From Candidatus Melainabacteria bacterium 17Bon1m (GTDB lineage: Bacteria > Cyanobacteriota > Vampirovibrionia > Obscuribacterales > Obscuribacteraceae): a stretch of 64,000 nt of DNA. A program made the position numbers and the translations under genes. Positions 36,605 to 47,272 of this stretch are shown here, one piece after another. Positions within the stretch are counted from its first letter, which is position 1. The number at the start of each line of letters is the position of its first letter. The notes under the pieces are model-generated. The model did not search any database, had not been told where the DNA came from, and saw only the letters and a program-made list of their open reading frames with translations. The stretch covers positions 800,001 to 864,000 of the forward strand of contig JAVLKG010000001.1 of assembly GCA_032128875.1 (NCBI GenBank). Reading direction: 5' to 3'.

Positions 36605-38720
36605 AGATCCACGCTTCCAGTTCGGAGAATTGTTTGGCACTGAGAATGTTTCTCTCTCTCAATGCATTAAGTACGAACTCGTCAATCTGACGTTCGCATG
36701 CTTGCAGCCCGGACGCGCAAGCAGAGCTTTCTTCTGCGATACGCTTTGTCGCTTCAACGCACTCCATTGCGAGCTTTGATAGCGTTGCAGATTCCTCTTC
36801 GGTGAATGGAATAATCGGCAAGCGCTTAACGTCGCCGACCTGGAAGTTGATTGTGGGGTTGATTAGATGCGCCATTTTTCCCGCAAAGCTTGAGTTGAGA
36901 TAAGCAAGCAACGCGTGGCGGTCAATGGCAGTAGGAAATAGAGCGGAGGCAGCCACGTCGAAGATGCATCCTTCAGGAAGCAAGCGGACTGCGAAGTTCG
37001 AATTGTTGACGAAGGAGAATGACAAACCTTCTCTGAAATAGTACTTTTCGTTTTTCACAACCCAATGCACTTTTCCCTTGAGATATGGATACGCTTCCTT
37101 CACTGCGTCTTTGATTTCCTGCCCATCGTTTTCCCACTTCACCACATTGACGACGGGGCTGAACCAGCGTTGTGAGCCCGCTCCTTTGACGTATGGAAAC
37201 CAGATTTTGTTGATCTCTTGCTGGTCAACTTCCCAGATGAATTTGACAAATCTCTCGTTGTTGGTCGTGGCCAGTCCTTGTCGTACTTCAGCGTATTCGC
37301 CCAGTGCCGGCAGCTTTTCAATGAGTGTTACGGCTGCGTCTGGACATGAATAATTGAATTGTGAGTTTGGGAATTTCTTGAATGATTTGATCTCGCGGCT
37401 AAAAGCTAGAGGGCTGGAGTTCGGGTGTTTCAGCACCTCTGACAGCGCAGCCTCTTTGTCTTTTTCTTTTCGCAAATTGATAAACAGAGTCTCGCTCGCG
37501 GTTTGATCTTTAGCGATTACCATAATTACACTGTCAATTTTTTCACCTGACTGTAGAGGGAAAACACCAGTGCCCGCCTCGATCGCCAGAGAGGGCGTGT
37601 AATGTTCGATTAGGTGATTGCGAAACTCTTTTGAACTTGGAAGATAGAGAAGCGAGGACTGCGTTATGACTCCCAGCTTGCCATCGTCCTTGAGTAACTC
37701 CAAGCATCGTCGCGTGAATGCTACGGAAATATCGTGGCTTTCGTCAGGATAATGGTCTCTTAGAAGCTGTTTCAACTCACGACTCAGCAACTTTCTGCCA
37801 ATATACGGTGGGTTGGTCAAAACCGCCGAATATCTGCGGCAAAGAGGATGCCCTTCGGTTGAGTCAAAACTGCGATCGAGCGACCCAAGAATGTTTTTCT
37901 CCGTATCTAAGAGCTGAATACCGTTAAAAGCGATCGACAATGGTTCTTCCAGTCTCAAACATCTGACGCACAAACCCATGCTCGTAATCCAGATGCCGTG
38001 CGGATCTATATCGAGCCCACTGAGTGCACCGTCTGCCATGAAGGTTACTGCTTCTGTTTCTGAAAGTCCCTTCGATTGCAAAATTGAGAGCAGCGCGTCA
38101 AAAGAAGGAAGGAGAAAATTTCCACCTCCACAGGCCGGATCAATTATGGATATATCGGTGGCTTTCGCGTTTGCAAAGTCGAATGTGTTTTCTATCAACG
38201 CGTTGACGACCCAGTCAGGCGTGTAGAGCTGGGTGAAGGCAATGAGCGCTTCTCGGTCCATTTCTTTATTGGAAGATTGAACCTTTTTAAGCGCGTCTTT
38301 CCTTCGCAGCTGAGAACAGAGTTGATACGCGTGACCAATTGCAGTTTCTTTTGCGTATAGAGGAAAGTCTTTTGTTGCTTTGAAGAATTGCTTGAAAGCT
38401 GTAAATTGCTTAGTTGTAACTGGCGCGGGCTCATGCATAATCTCACGTACATCGCTGGGGGCAAGCGCCTTGACTTTTTTGAACAGCGTCTGAATCGCCG
38501 CGGTAATTTGTTCTGCATCTAGGCTCTCAATGCTCTTTTCCTCTGTGCATAGCCTTGCGAGTTTTTCATTGCGCGATAGAACATTCAGCGCAACGACCAG
38601 GACAATTGAAGATAGCGTCGCTGGCGCAAACTCATTCGCAGCGCTTACAGCCGACTTGCCGTTAACCGCCTTGATGAGGCGCTTGAGCTCCAATAGCTGA
38701 TTGTGCTCTGCAGATTTCAA
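36567..38720 (-). CDS. N6-adenine DNA methyltransferase, BREX PglX/Eco57I-like
   Basis: TQLYTPDWVV, DPACGGGNFL, NPPY, GLATTNNERF, WFPYVKG...RW, YYFREG, INPTINFQVGD. Confidence 0.85.
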   Translation of the reverse strand: MKSAEHNQLLELKRLIKAVNGKSAVSAANEFAPATLSSIVLVVALNVLSRNEKLARLCTEEKSIESLDAEQITAAIQTLFKKVKALAPSDVREIMHEPAPVTTKQFTAFKQFFKATKDFPLYAKETAIGHAYQLCSQLRRKDALKKVQSSNKEMDREALIAFTQLYTPDWVVNALIENTFDFANAKATDISIIDPACGGGNFLLPSFDALLSILQSKGLSETEAVTFMADGALSGLDIDPHGIWITSMGLCVRCLRLEEPLSIAFNGIQLLDTEKNILGSLDRSFDSTEGHPLCRRYSAVLTNPPYIGRKLLSRELKQLLRDHYPDESHDISVAFTRRCLELLKDDGKLGVITQSSLLYLPSSKEFRNHLIEHYTPSLAIEAGTGVFPLQSGEKIDSVIMVIAKDQTASETLFINLRKEKDKEAALSEVLKHPNSSPLAFSREIKSFKKFPNSQFNYSCPDAAVTLIEKLPALGEYAEVRQGLATTNNERFVKFIWEVDQQEINKIWFPYVKGAGSQRWFSPVVNVVKWENDGQEIKDAVKEAYPYLKGKVHWVVKNEKYYFREGLSFSFVNNSNFAVRLLPEGCIFDVAASALFPTAIDRHALLAYLNSSFAGKMAHLINPTINFQVGDVKRLPIIPFTEEESATLSKLAMECVEATKRIAEESSACASGLQACERQIDEFVLNALRERNILSAKQFSELEAWISSSSLELSRSRS

Positions 38721-38725
38721 TTTCT

Positions 38726-39823
38726 CTATCGCGCTGTAACTAGTGATTGGAAATCCAGTTTGCGCTCCAGCTGGGCACTCTGTCTGGCATGCTCGATGAT
38801 GCTGATTGTTCTTACGGCATGCTCCGGATTTACCGGCGGCGCAGTGTTGTTGTTGTTGATTGCATCGCGGACCGCTGCGTAAAAGTGTTCATAACAGCCC
38901 TTTTCGCTAACCAAAATCTCACTGCTTACTTTTCCATTTTTCTCGATAGCAAGCTTGCCTGAGAGGCTAACGTCTTCCAGTCCCCACTTCTTATCGCCAG
39001 GTTTTAAGCCTTTGCGCAATGCATCTTCTTGTGGATCGAGTCCGTATTTTTCATAGCCTCCATTCATTGCCAGGACGCGAAAGCGCGGACCAGGAATAGC
39101 AGAAACGATATTGGCATAAAGGTGGGCACGAACACCGCCTGCAAATTCAAGCGCTACGAAAGCGTCATCGTCTGCGCGAACTCCCGCACGGCGTCTGTCT
39201 AATTCGCAATAGACAGTGTTGGGCGTGCCGAAAAGAACACAAGCCTGGTCTATCAAATGGCTGCCGAGATCGAAGAGCAGACCGCCACCTTCGTCAGGAC
39301 CGCTATTGTCTTTCCATCTCTTAGTATCAACGGTTGGACGGAAGCGTTCGAAGCGCGACTCGAATCGCACTACATCAGCCAGTTTTCCTTCTTTGAGAAG
39401 TTTTTGAATCGTGAGAAAGTCATTGTCCCAGCGACGATTTTGAAAAACAGTGAGCAGTTTTTTCTGCTTGTTTGCCACATCAATAACTTCTCGGCATTCG
39501 CGGCTGTTGATAGCGAATGGCTTGTCTACAACTACCGCTTTGCCCGCTTCCAGAGCTGCCTTGGCTTGTTGTGCGTGCCATTTGTTTGGCGACGCGATAA
39601 CAACCAAATCTATAATGTCTGAGTGCGACTTCAGCGCTGTTTCCAACGAGTTGACTATTTTTGCGTTTGGAAATGTAGCTGCCGCTTTTTTGTGACGCTC
39701 GTCATTGCTTGTCGTGATTACAGTGACTTCCAGACCCTGAGTCGTAATCAGCAGCGGCGCATGGAAAATCTCTCCGGCTAGACCATACCCAATCAGCGCG
39801 ACTCTCAGAGGCTTGTCTGACAT
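38726..39823 (-). CDS. Gfo/Idh/MocA oxidoreductase (YdgJ/IolW-like)
   Basis: GYGLAG..FHAP, VVVDKPF, VFQNRRWD, DLGSHLID. Confidence 0.92.
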   Translation of the reverse strand: MSDKPLRVALIGYGLAGEIFHAPLLITTQGLEVTVITTSNDERHKKAAATFPNAKIVNSLETALKSHSDIIDLVVIASPNKWHAQQAKAALEAGKAVVVDKPFAINSRECREVIDVANKQKKLLTVFQNRRWDNDFLTIQKLLKEGKLADVVRFESRFERFRPTVDTKRWKDNSGPDEGGGLLFDLGSHLIDQACVLFGTPNTVYCELDRRRAGVRADDDAFVALEFAGGVRAHLYANIVSAIPGPRFRVLAMNGGYEKYGLDPQEDALRKGLKPGDKKWGLEDVSLSGKLAIEKNGKVSSEILVSEKGCYEHFYAAVRDAINNNNTAPPVNPEHAVRTISIIEHARQSAQLERKLDFQSLVTAR

Positions 39824-39824
39824 C

Positions 39825-40601
39825 TCAATTTCCTTTGTCGGTTGTTGCGGGGGCTTGGGGTACCGGGCTTACTGCAGGAATCGTAGTATAAGGGTTTGCG
39901 TTGGAATTTTGTGCGGGACTTGGATTAATACCTGAAGTCGAGTCAGCGCTTGGCGGCGTGCTTTGCGCTGATTTGTCTTCCTCTGGCTTTTCACGTTCAC
40001 TTGAAACAGTGGAAGGCTCAGCGGCGGTTTCCACTGGCGACACCTCTGCTCTGTTTACTTTCTTTTCTAAAGCCGTTATCAATTTGCTCATTCCAGCCCG
40101 TTTGGACGCAGGAGCATGTAAGGACTGAGCCCTTTTCAACGCTTTTAGAGCGCGCGAGTATTCATGCTCTTTGGTGAGAATGATGCCCAGGTTGTACCAG
40201 GGTCCCCAGCGTCTTGGAGAAAGTTGGGTAGCCATCTCAGTTGTGGTTTCGGCGCGTTCCAAATTGCCTGACTTGTGAAGTGCGGCGCCGAGATTTTCAT
40301 AATACGTATAGTCGTGGCTGTAGCGCTGTATTGCCTTTTGAAACATCGGCACTGCATCTTTGTAGTGCCCTGTGCGCGCAAAGCGAAGTCCCTGATTGTT
40401 CAATTTATTCGCTTCAATCCAATCCAAATATTTCCCTTTCTTTGGAAAAAGTTTGGACTCGATGTACTCTTGCTCTTCCGCTGCTGCTGCTGCTTGAGCT
40501 TTAACTTGAGCCGCTGCGAAACCGGCAGGGCGAAAAGGATTGAAGTAAGAAATGCAGGCGAAAAGCAACACAAATAAAAAACGAGGGAGGCTGCGATTCA
40601 C
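39825..40601 (-). CDS. Exported TPR protein
   Basis: Signal peptide; NNQG, YENLG and WYNLG TPR motifs; P/S tail. Confidence 0.8.
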   Translation of the reverse strand: MNRSLPRFLFVLLFACISYFNPFRPAGFAAAQVKAQAAAAAEEQEYIESKLFPKKGKYLDWIEANKLNNQGLRFARTGHYKDAVPMFQKAIQRYSHDYTYYENLGAALHKSGNLERAETTTEMATQLSPRRWGPWYNLGIILTKEHEYSRALKALKRAQSLHAPASKRAGMSKLITALEKKVNRAEVSPVETAAEPSTVSSEREKPEEDKSAQSTPPSADSTSGINPSPAQNSNANPYTTIPAVSPVPQAPATTDKGN

Positions 40602-40692
40602 TGAAGCGGACCTCCCTCATTTTGTTTGTGTCGTGTTTTCTTGAGTCGCTGAGTAGTTCAGCAATCCAGCAACTCCGCTGCGATTTTACGGC

Positions 40693-41883
40693 TTAGACTT
40701 TCGCTTTCTTCTTCATGTCGAAAGTGATTTCGTGCTTAGCCATTCGATCGAATGCTTCCTTCATTCTGTCTTTGTCAGCACAAAGTCCCATACGGAACCA
40801 GCCTTCACCTTGCGGACCGTATGCAGTGCCTGGTGGCACAACGATGCCGGCTTTATCCAGCATGATTTCGGCAAATTCCGCGGAGCTCATGCCTTCCGGC
40901 GTCGGCAGCCACATGTAGAAGGTTGCTTTGATCGGTTTTACAGTCCAGCCGAGCTTGGTCAGTTCTTTTACAGCCAGGTCGCGGCGTTCGATGTACAACT
41001 TGTTGCAGGCTTCGATGTGGTCCATCGGTCCTTCCAGTGCAGCGATACCGGCGATTTGAATAGCGCGGAAAATATCGGTGTCGCAGTTCGATTTGATAGA
41101 ACCGAGTGCTTTCACTGCAACCGGATTGCCGATGGCAAAGCCAATTCTCCAGCCGGTCATGTTGAATGATTTCGACAGAGTGTGCAGTTCGATTGCAACA
41201 TCTTTGGCGCCTTCGACTTGGAAAATCGACGGTGCAACATAACCTTCGTAGGTCATTTCAGGGTAGGACAAATCGTGGCAAACCAGCAGGTCATGCTTCT
41301 TGGCGAATGCTACCAGCTTTTTGAAGAACTCGAGGTCGGCTATGCCGGCGGTCGGGTTGTTCGGATAGTTGAGCATGATCAGCTTAGCGCGCTTGCAGAC
41401 GTCTTCCGGGATTGCATCCAGGTCTGGCAAGAAATTGTTCTCAGCCTTAAGCGGCATGAAATAAGGCTCTCCGCCAGCCAGAATGGTCGATGTTTTGTAC
41501 ACCGGATAAGCTGGGTCGGGAATGATATTAATGTCACCGCTGTCGATGAAAGCCATGATCGTGTTGTGCAGACCTTCTTTCGAACCGATAAGTGAGGTCA
41601 CTTCGGTTGCCGGATCAACAGTCACGCCAAAACGATTTTTGATGTATTTTGCTGCAGCGGCTTTGAATTCTGGTGTGCCACCGAACGGCGGATACTTGTG
41701 ATTAGCCGGATTGTCGATGGCTTTGTGCATCGCATCGACAATGTGTTTTGGTGTCGGTTGGTCGGGATCGCCGATGCCCAGATTGATTACATCAACCCCA
41801 CGAGCAACAGCAGCCTGGCGTTTCTTATCGATTTCCGCAAAGATATACGGAGGGATCGACTTCATTCTCTTTGATACTTCCAT
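40693..41883 (-). CDS. dapL: LL-diaminopimelate aminotransferase / class I PLP aminotransferase
   Basis: PPYIFAEID, LGIGDPD, GSKEG, NYPNNPT, LSKSFNMTGWRIG; ATG at 41883. Confidence 0.8.
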   Translation of the reverse strand: MEVSKRMKSIPPYIFAEIDKKRQAAVARGVDVINLGIGDPDQPTPKHIVDAMHKAIDNPANHKYPPFGGTPEFKAAAAKYIKNRFGVTVDPATEVTSLIGSKEGLHNTIMAFIDSGDINIIPDPAYPVYKTSTILAGGEPYFMPLKAENNFLPDLDAIPEDVCKRAKLIMLNYPNNPTAGIADLEFFKKLVAFAKKHDLLVCHDLSYPEMTYEGYVAPSIFQVEGAKDVAIELHTLSKSFNMTGWRIGFAIGNPVAVKALGSIKSNCDTDIFRAIQIAGIAALEGPMDHIEACNKLYIERRDLAVKELTKLGWTVKPIKATFYMWLPTPEGMSSAEFAEIMLDKAGIVVPPGTAYGPQGEGWFRMGLCADKDRMKEAFDRMAKHEITFDMKKKAKV

Positions 41884-42270
41884 GGCAAGAACCCCGATAG
41901 TTTGTTCACTGGCTGGACACCAACTGCCGTCTGACCACCTCACTGAGGGGCACAGAGCCTCGCGCAGACGCGTCCATCACAAGGAGACTATTTTAAGTGA
42001 TGGAGAAGGCGATTTGGTCGTGGTTTCAGCTCTTTGAAGCACTGTTTTACTGTTGATTTGTCCGAAAACCTGAAAAGCCCTGCCTGGTGCCGTTTATCAA
42101 GTTTTGTCCGCTTGGCTGCTTAAGTAGAATTACATTAAGATTGGCTCGGTGTTGTCATTTAGACCTCAATAACTCGATATCTTTGACGGGAATCGCGGAT
42201 TTTTGCAAATCCTCTTTTGAAAAACCCTACTCAGCTGGAAAACTTTCATCAGCTTATCGATATCTCGAGC

Positions 42271-44079
42271 ATGAACTCTTCTACGTCAAAACCCATGCAA
42301 GAAAAGGTCCAGCAACCAACCCCGGTCCATGAACCAACGACCGTGCAAGATCCGACCACTGCGTGGAATTCGAAGTGCAGCCTGGCCCTCCTGGCCACCT
42401 TTGCTGTGGGGATAGGCGTTTACTTCAATGCTCTCGGCAGTTTTCCACTGTTCAACCCAGATGAAGCGCTGTATGCCGAGCCTGCACGAGAGATGCTGAA
42501 GAATGGCGACTGGCTGACCACCCATCTCAACTGTATTGTTCGCTACACAAAACCTCCACTCGTAATTTGGGCGCAAGCTGCGCTTATGAGCGTTCTTGGC
42601 GTCAGTGAGTTTGCTGCACGTTCGTTTGGCGCTGCGTGTGGAGTTTTGCTTGTTGTGGTGACACAAGCCTTTGTCACTCGCTATGTCAATTTGCGCGCTG
42701 GAATTGCTGCCGGCTTTTCATTAATGACTGCGCCTCTTTTCTTTGGAACCGCACGAGAATGCATCACCGATGTTCCTCTGTCGCTTTTCCTGGGTGGGGC
42801 GATAATGGCGTTTTACGCAGCCTTTCGTGAGGGTGGCAACAAGCTGCTCGCGACAATTGGATATTTGCTTATCGCTCTTGCTGTAATGACAAAAGGACCG
42901 GTCGCAATAGTTCTTCCTGTTGCGATCTTAGGTTTTTACTATCTAACAACCGGGTGTTTGAAGCAAGCCTGGCAGCGTTTTTTCCCGATTGTGGGCGCGC
43001 TCATTGTCGCTGTTCTTGCGCTGCCCTGGTTTGTTCTTGAGATTGCTGCAACGAAAGGCGAGTACTTCCAAGAATTTTTCGTTCGCGAAAATTTCCAGCG
43101 TTTCACTTCGGAAGTTGATTCACACAAGGCGCCGATCTGGTATCACGTTGCTGCCGTTATGGGCGGCTTCTTGCCGTTTTCGCTCTTCTTGCCTCAAGCG
43201 GCATTCGAGACTCTGCAAGTCGTAAGAGATAAATTGAAAGAGCCTGTGTCGAGCGCAAAAACCGTTTTTGCAAAAGTATTGGCGGTTCCGACGGCGTTGA
43301 ATCAGTTGGAGCCAAATCAGTCTTTGCAGTACTTTGCGCTTCTCTGGCTCTGTATTACCGTTGCATTTTTCAGCGTGAGCGTCTCCAAGCTCTTGCCTTA
43401 TACATTGCCCGCATTTCCGGCTGCCGCTATTTTGTTTGCTTTGGAAATCGAGCGCGCAATAACGAAGCCCGCGCGCTGGCGGCTCATGGTGCCTGTTTCG
43501 ATAATTGCATTAGCATGCGTCGTTGGATACTTCATAATGCCCTTCGCACTTTCTAAAGTGAGAAATCTCACTGATGGAGTGCTGCCTTTGGCTCAAACAG
43601 CATGGGCCGCAATGGCTGTAGCAATGAGTGTAGCCGCCGTTTCTGCGTGGGTAAACAGAAGGCAAATCGCAGTTGGAGTTGTACTTGCTGCGCAAGTTCT
43701 TCTTTGTGTTTTGCTCGCTGTGCCATTGACCTTAAAACTCTCGCAGCTCTGGGAAGGTCCGCTTCCTGAGATGGCTCGCTATGTGGGAAAGGTCTCCGAG
43801 CCAGCCTTCGTATTTGATATGCGCAAACCTGGTGTTCCGTTTTATGCTGACAGGCAGATGTCGCAAGCGTGGACATGGGCAGCACTAACTTCCGAACTTA
43901 GCCGCCTCAACCGCGCGTATGTGATTACACGCTCGCGAAACAAAGGTCCATTACTCGAGATGCCTGGTTATACAGTGATCAAAGAAGAAGGGCTGTATTT
44001 GCTTTTGCGCTTCGATAACCCGTTTCCGCCTAAAGAGCCCTACACTCCCAGCCCCGGCATCCACAGCATGCAACGTTGA
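42271..44079 (+). CDS. Second ArnT/PMT-like membrane glycosyltransferase
   Basis: PDEALYAEPAREM, KPP, MTKGP, PWF, KLLPYTLP. Confidence 0.9.
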   Translation: MNSSTSKPMQEKVQQPTPVHEPTTVQDPTTAWNSKCSLALLATFAVGIGVYFNALGSFPLFNPDEALYAEPAREMLKNGDWLTTHLNCIVRYTKPPLVIWAQAALMSVLGVSEFAARSFGAACGVLLVVVTQAFVTRYVNLRAGIAAGFSLMTAPLFFGTARECITDVPLSLFLGGAIMAFYAAFREGGNKLLATIGYLLIALAVMTKGPVAIVLPVAILGFYYLTTGCLKQAWQRFFPIVGALIVAVLALPWFVLEIAATKGEYFQEFFVRENFQRFTSEVDSHKAPIWYHVAAVMGGFLPFSLFLPQAAFETLQVVRDKLKEPVSSAKTVFAKVLAVPTALNQLEPNQSLQYFALLWLCITVAFFSVSVSKLLPYTLPAFPAAAILFALEIERAITKPARWRLMVPVSIIALACVVGYFIMPFALSKVRNLTDGVLPLAQTAWAAMAVAMSVAAVSAWVNRRQIAVGVVLAAQVLLCVLLAVPLTLKLSQLWEGPLPEMARYVGKVSEPAFVFDMRKPGVPFYADRQMSQAWTWAALTSELSRLNRAYVITRSRNKGPLLEMPGYTVIKEEGLYLLLRFDNPFPPKEPYTPSPGIHSMQR

Positions 44080-44095
44080 TTGCAACAAGGTTTGT

Positions 44096-45277
44096 CTAAA
44101 CTGCTTGTCCGGCGGCGTGTCCTGAAGCCCACGCCCATTGGAAGTTATATCCGCCCAGCTGTCCTGTGACATCAACTACTTCGCCAATAAAGTAGAGCCC
44201 AGGTACTTTCTTCGCTTCCATTGTTTGAGACGACAAAGCGTTGGTGTCCACACCACCTCTCGTCACTTCAGCCTTCTTGTAGCCGACCGTGCCTTGCGGT
44301 GTAATCTGCCAATTCTCCAGCCTATTGGTTAGCGCGCGCATCTTCACTTCGGAGAGTTCGGAAATATTACCTTTGATGTTTTCCATCTGACACAAGATTT
44401 CCGCCAGTCTACGCGGGATGATCTCTGCCAGAATGTTTTTCACTTCCTTGTTAGAACCTTCCGCAAAACGTTCATTGAAATAGCGGACTGGGTCTATGTC
44501 CGGAGCGATATTGATATTGATCGCATTGCCTCTTTTCCAGTAGAGTGATGCTTGCAAACTTGCTGGACCCGACAATCCCGTGTGCGTAAAAAGTATATTT
44601 TCGCGAAATGCAGCTTTGTTGACGGTAACCACCGAGTCAACGGAAACGCCCGTGAGCTCTTTGAATTTCGATAGATCCGCAGAGCTAAAGTTGAAACCAT
44701 CCAACGCCGGACTTGTTTCCACCAATTTCAAATCAAATTGCTGCGCAATCTGATATCCGAACCCGGTAGCGCCAATCTGTGGAATGGATAATCCGCCGGT
44801 TGCAATGACGAGTGACTCGCAGCTCAAGGACTCGGTGTTCGTGTATATGAGATAGCTGCCGTCCGCTTCTCTTTTTACTTCCTTGACGATTCTGCCTTTG
44901 TAAAACTCCGCGCCGGCCTTCTCGCATTCTGCAACGAGCATATCTACTATCTGGCTTGCGGACCCGTCACAAAAGAGCTGCCCGAGCTTCTTTTCGTGAT
45001 ATGCGATTTTGTGGTTTTCCACCATCTCAATAAATTCGCCTGGCGAATAACGAGACAGAGCTGACTTATGAAAGTGCGGATTGTTGGAAACGTAGTTATC
45101 CGGCCCGGCATTAATGTTGGTGAAATTGCACCGTCCGCCGCCAGATATGAGAATTTTTCTGCCGATGACCGTCGCATGATCGAGGAGCGCGACGCTGCGG
45201 CCACGTCGTCCCGCGTGGATAGCGCACATCATCCCCGCCCCGCCGGCGCCAATTACAACCACATCGAACTTAAGCAT
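44096..45277 (-). CDS. HI0933/BaiN-family flavoprotein
   Basis: GAGGAG, GRKILISGGGRCNFTN, ATGG, LFTH.GLSGP, GGYNFQWAW. Confidence 0.95.
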   Translation of the reverse strand: MLKFDVVVIGAGGAGMMCAIHAGRRGRSVALLDHATVIGRKILISGGGRCNFTNINAGPDNYVSNNPHFHKSALSRYSPGEFIEMVENHKIAYHEKKLGQLFCDGSASQIVDMLVAECEKAGAEFYKGRIVKEVKREADGSYLIYTNTESLSCESLVIATGGLSIPQIGATGFGYQIAQQFDLKLVETSPALDGFNFSSADLSKFKELTGVSVDSVVTVNKAAFRENILFTHTGLSGPASLQASLYWKRGNAININIAPDIDPVRYFNERFAEGSNKEVKNILAEIIPRRLAEILCQMENIKGNISELSEVKMRALTNRLENWQITPQGTVGYKKAEVTRGGVDTNALSSQTMEAKKVPGLYFIGEVVDVTGQLGGYNFQWAWASGHAAGQAV

Positions 45278-45375
45278 CCAAAATCTCTTCTTGATCCCGA
45301 GCGATTATACTCTTCAGTTCCAGTTGGCTGCGTCCAATTGCAAAAGCTGTCAGCAAATCCAAGAGGAAACTTTGC

Positions 45376-47199
45376 ATGCTCGGTTCAAATTGCTCCCGGT
45401 TTTTTGCTCTTAGCGCATCACTTATTGCCGGGCTGACTATTTCTGCTTCTTCAGTGCTGGCTCTTCCTTTTGTGCATACAGGGGCTGCTGAAGCAGAGCC
45501 GGCAACGGAAGATCTTGCTTACAAAACCCCCATTCCAGAAGCTGCGGACATCGTATTCAGAAACGGAGCAATTTGCACGATGGACCCAGCAAGAAGCTGG
45601 TGTCAGGCTGTTGTAATTAAACGCGGTCGAATCGTATTTGTCGGAAGCGATGAGAAGGTGAAACCCTGGATTGGTTCTCAAACTAAAACGATAGACCTCA
45701 ACGGGCGCATGATTTTGCCCAGTTTTCACGACACTCACGTGCACCTTGCTGAAGGTGGAGTAGAGCTCGGGCAATTAAGTTTAGAGGGCTGCGCCGACAT
45801 TGCCGACGCAATGAAGCGATTGAAAAATTATGCTGAGAAGAACCCCGATCAAAAGTGGATTCTCGGAGGAAATTGGGCGTTGACGCTTTTCCCGAATGCC
45901 AATCCGAAGAAGGAAACGCTCGACGAAGTTGTGAAAGACAGGCCAGTGTTCTTAATCTCAAACGACGGACACTCCGCGTGGGCGAATTCAAAAGCGATTG
46001 AATTGTCCGGCGTCACTGCAAAAACGGCTGATCCACCCCTCGGAAGAATCGAGAGGGACGAGAAAACTGGAGAACCAAGTGGAGCTTTTCGCGAGGCGGC
46101 AATGGATCTGATTCGGCGAAAGTCCCCACGCGTGACTGATACTCAGATGTTGGAAGGCACTAAGAATGCCGTGAAGTACGCCAATTCGTTTGGAATTACG
46201 CATGTAACGGAGGCGAACGCTGGCGAAGATATTCTCAGGACTTACAGAAAACTCGATGACGATAACTCGCTCAATTTAAAGGTAAGAGCATCCCTGGAGA
46301 CGGATCCTCAAGGTACTGAGAAGCAAGTAAATAGGGCTCGTGCATTGCGCAGGAAGTACAGCGCCGGAAAACTCTGCGTGGGAGAAGCGAAATTCTTTGC
46401 GGACGGTGTTGTCGAAACGCACACCGCATCGGTTTTGACGCCGTATCTGGACAAGAAGGAAGAGACAGGAATAAGCAATTGGACTGACGAGAAATTTGCA
46501 AAAGTTGCGACCGAATTTGAGAAAGCTGGTTTTCAAATTCACATCCACGCAATCGGTGATAAGGCTGTGCGTCAGGCTTTGAACTCGATTGAAGCTTCTC
46601 GAAAAGCGAATGGTGATCTCGACCTGCGTCCTCATATCGCGCACCTTCAGCTTGTGGACAAAGCCGATTTGCCGCGTTTTCGCAAATTGGGTGTAACTGC
46701 CACATTCCAAGCTCTGTGGGCTTATCGGGATGTTTTCGTCAAGGATTTGACCGTTCCGGTTTTGGGTGAAGAACGGACCAACAGCATGTATCCGATCAAT
46801 AGTTTGTTGAAGCACGGAACGGTTCTGTCTGCCGGCAGCGATTGGACTGTAAGTTCTCTCAATCCGCTGGATGCCATCGAAGTTGCTGTCACAAGAAAGG
46901 GACTCGCGGATAAGGCAGAAGACAATAAGGATGAACCTCTTAATCTCGATGAGCGTGTAAATTTGATGGACTTCCTGGCCGCTTACACCTCTGGCGGCGC
47001 GTATGTAGACCATTCCGATGCGGAGTCTGGTTCTCTCGAAGTAGGCAAAGCCGCTGACTTGATCGTGCTGGAGAAAAACCTTTTCGACGTGCCGCATACG
47101 GATATCCACAAAGTCAAAGTAATGCAAACTATGCTCGATGGAAAGTTCGTCTACGACAGAGAAAGCGAGTTCGAAAAGACCTCCTCGGCGACAAGGTAA
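45376..47199 (+). CDS. Amidohydrolase-3 (YtcJ-like), probably exported
   Basis: PSFHDTHVH, GHSAWANS, KFFADG, HAIGD, AGSDW, GSLEVGKAADL. Confidence 0.92.
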   Translation: MLGSNCSRFFALSASLIAGLTISASSVLALPFVHTGAAEAEPATEDLAYKTPIPEAADIVFRNGAICTMDPARSWCQAVVIKRGRIVFVGSDEKVKPWIGSQTKTIDLNGRMILPSFHDTHVHLAEGGVELGQLSLEGCADIADAMKRLKNYAEKNPDQKWILGGNWALTLFPNANPKKETLDEVVKDRPVFLISNDGHSAWANSKAIELSGVTAKTADPPLGRIERDEKTGEPSGAFREAAMDLIRRKSPRVTDTQMLEGTKNAVKYANSFGITHVTEANAGEDILRTYRKLDDDNSLNLKVRASLETDPQGTEKQVNRARALRRKYSAGKLCVGEAKFFADGVVETHTASVLTPYLDKKEETGISNWTDEKFAKVATEFEKAGFQIHIHAIGDKAVRQALNSIEASRKANGDLDLRPHIAHLQLVDKADLPRFRKLGVTATFQALWAYRDVFVKDLTVPVLGEERTNSMYPINSLLKHGTVLSAGSDWTVSSLNPLDAIEVAVTRKGLADKAEDNKDEPLNLDERVNLMDFLAAYTSGGAYVDHSDAESGSLEVGKAADLIVLEKNLFDVPHTDIHKVKVMQTMLDGKFVYDRESEFEKTSSATR

Positions 47200-47220
47200 G
47201 ACTCCTAAGCCTAGAAAACA

Positions 47221-47250
47221 AATGCGGACGGCAATTAAGCCGCCCGCATT
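47221..47250. terminator. Hairpin between convergent genes
   Basis: AATGCGGACGGC-AATTAA-GCCGCCCGCATT. Confidence 0.6.
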
Positions 47251-47272
47251 CCATCATGCGTTGTTGAAAGAG

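Noticed and set aside
41884-41990. Lysine riboswitch upstream of dapL
   Set aside because: Some pairing is possible (CGTCTG/CAGACG), but the conserved L-box motifs are not recognisable
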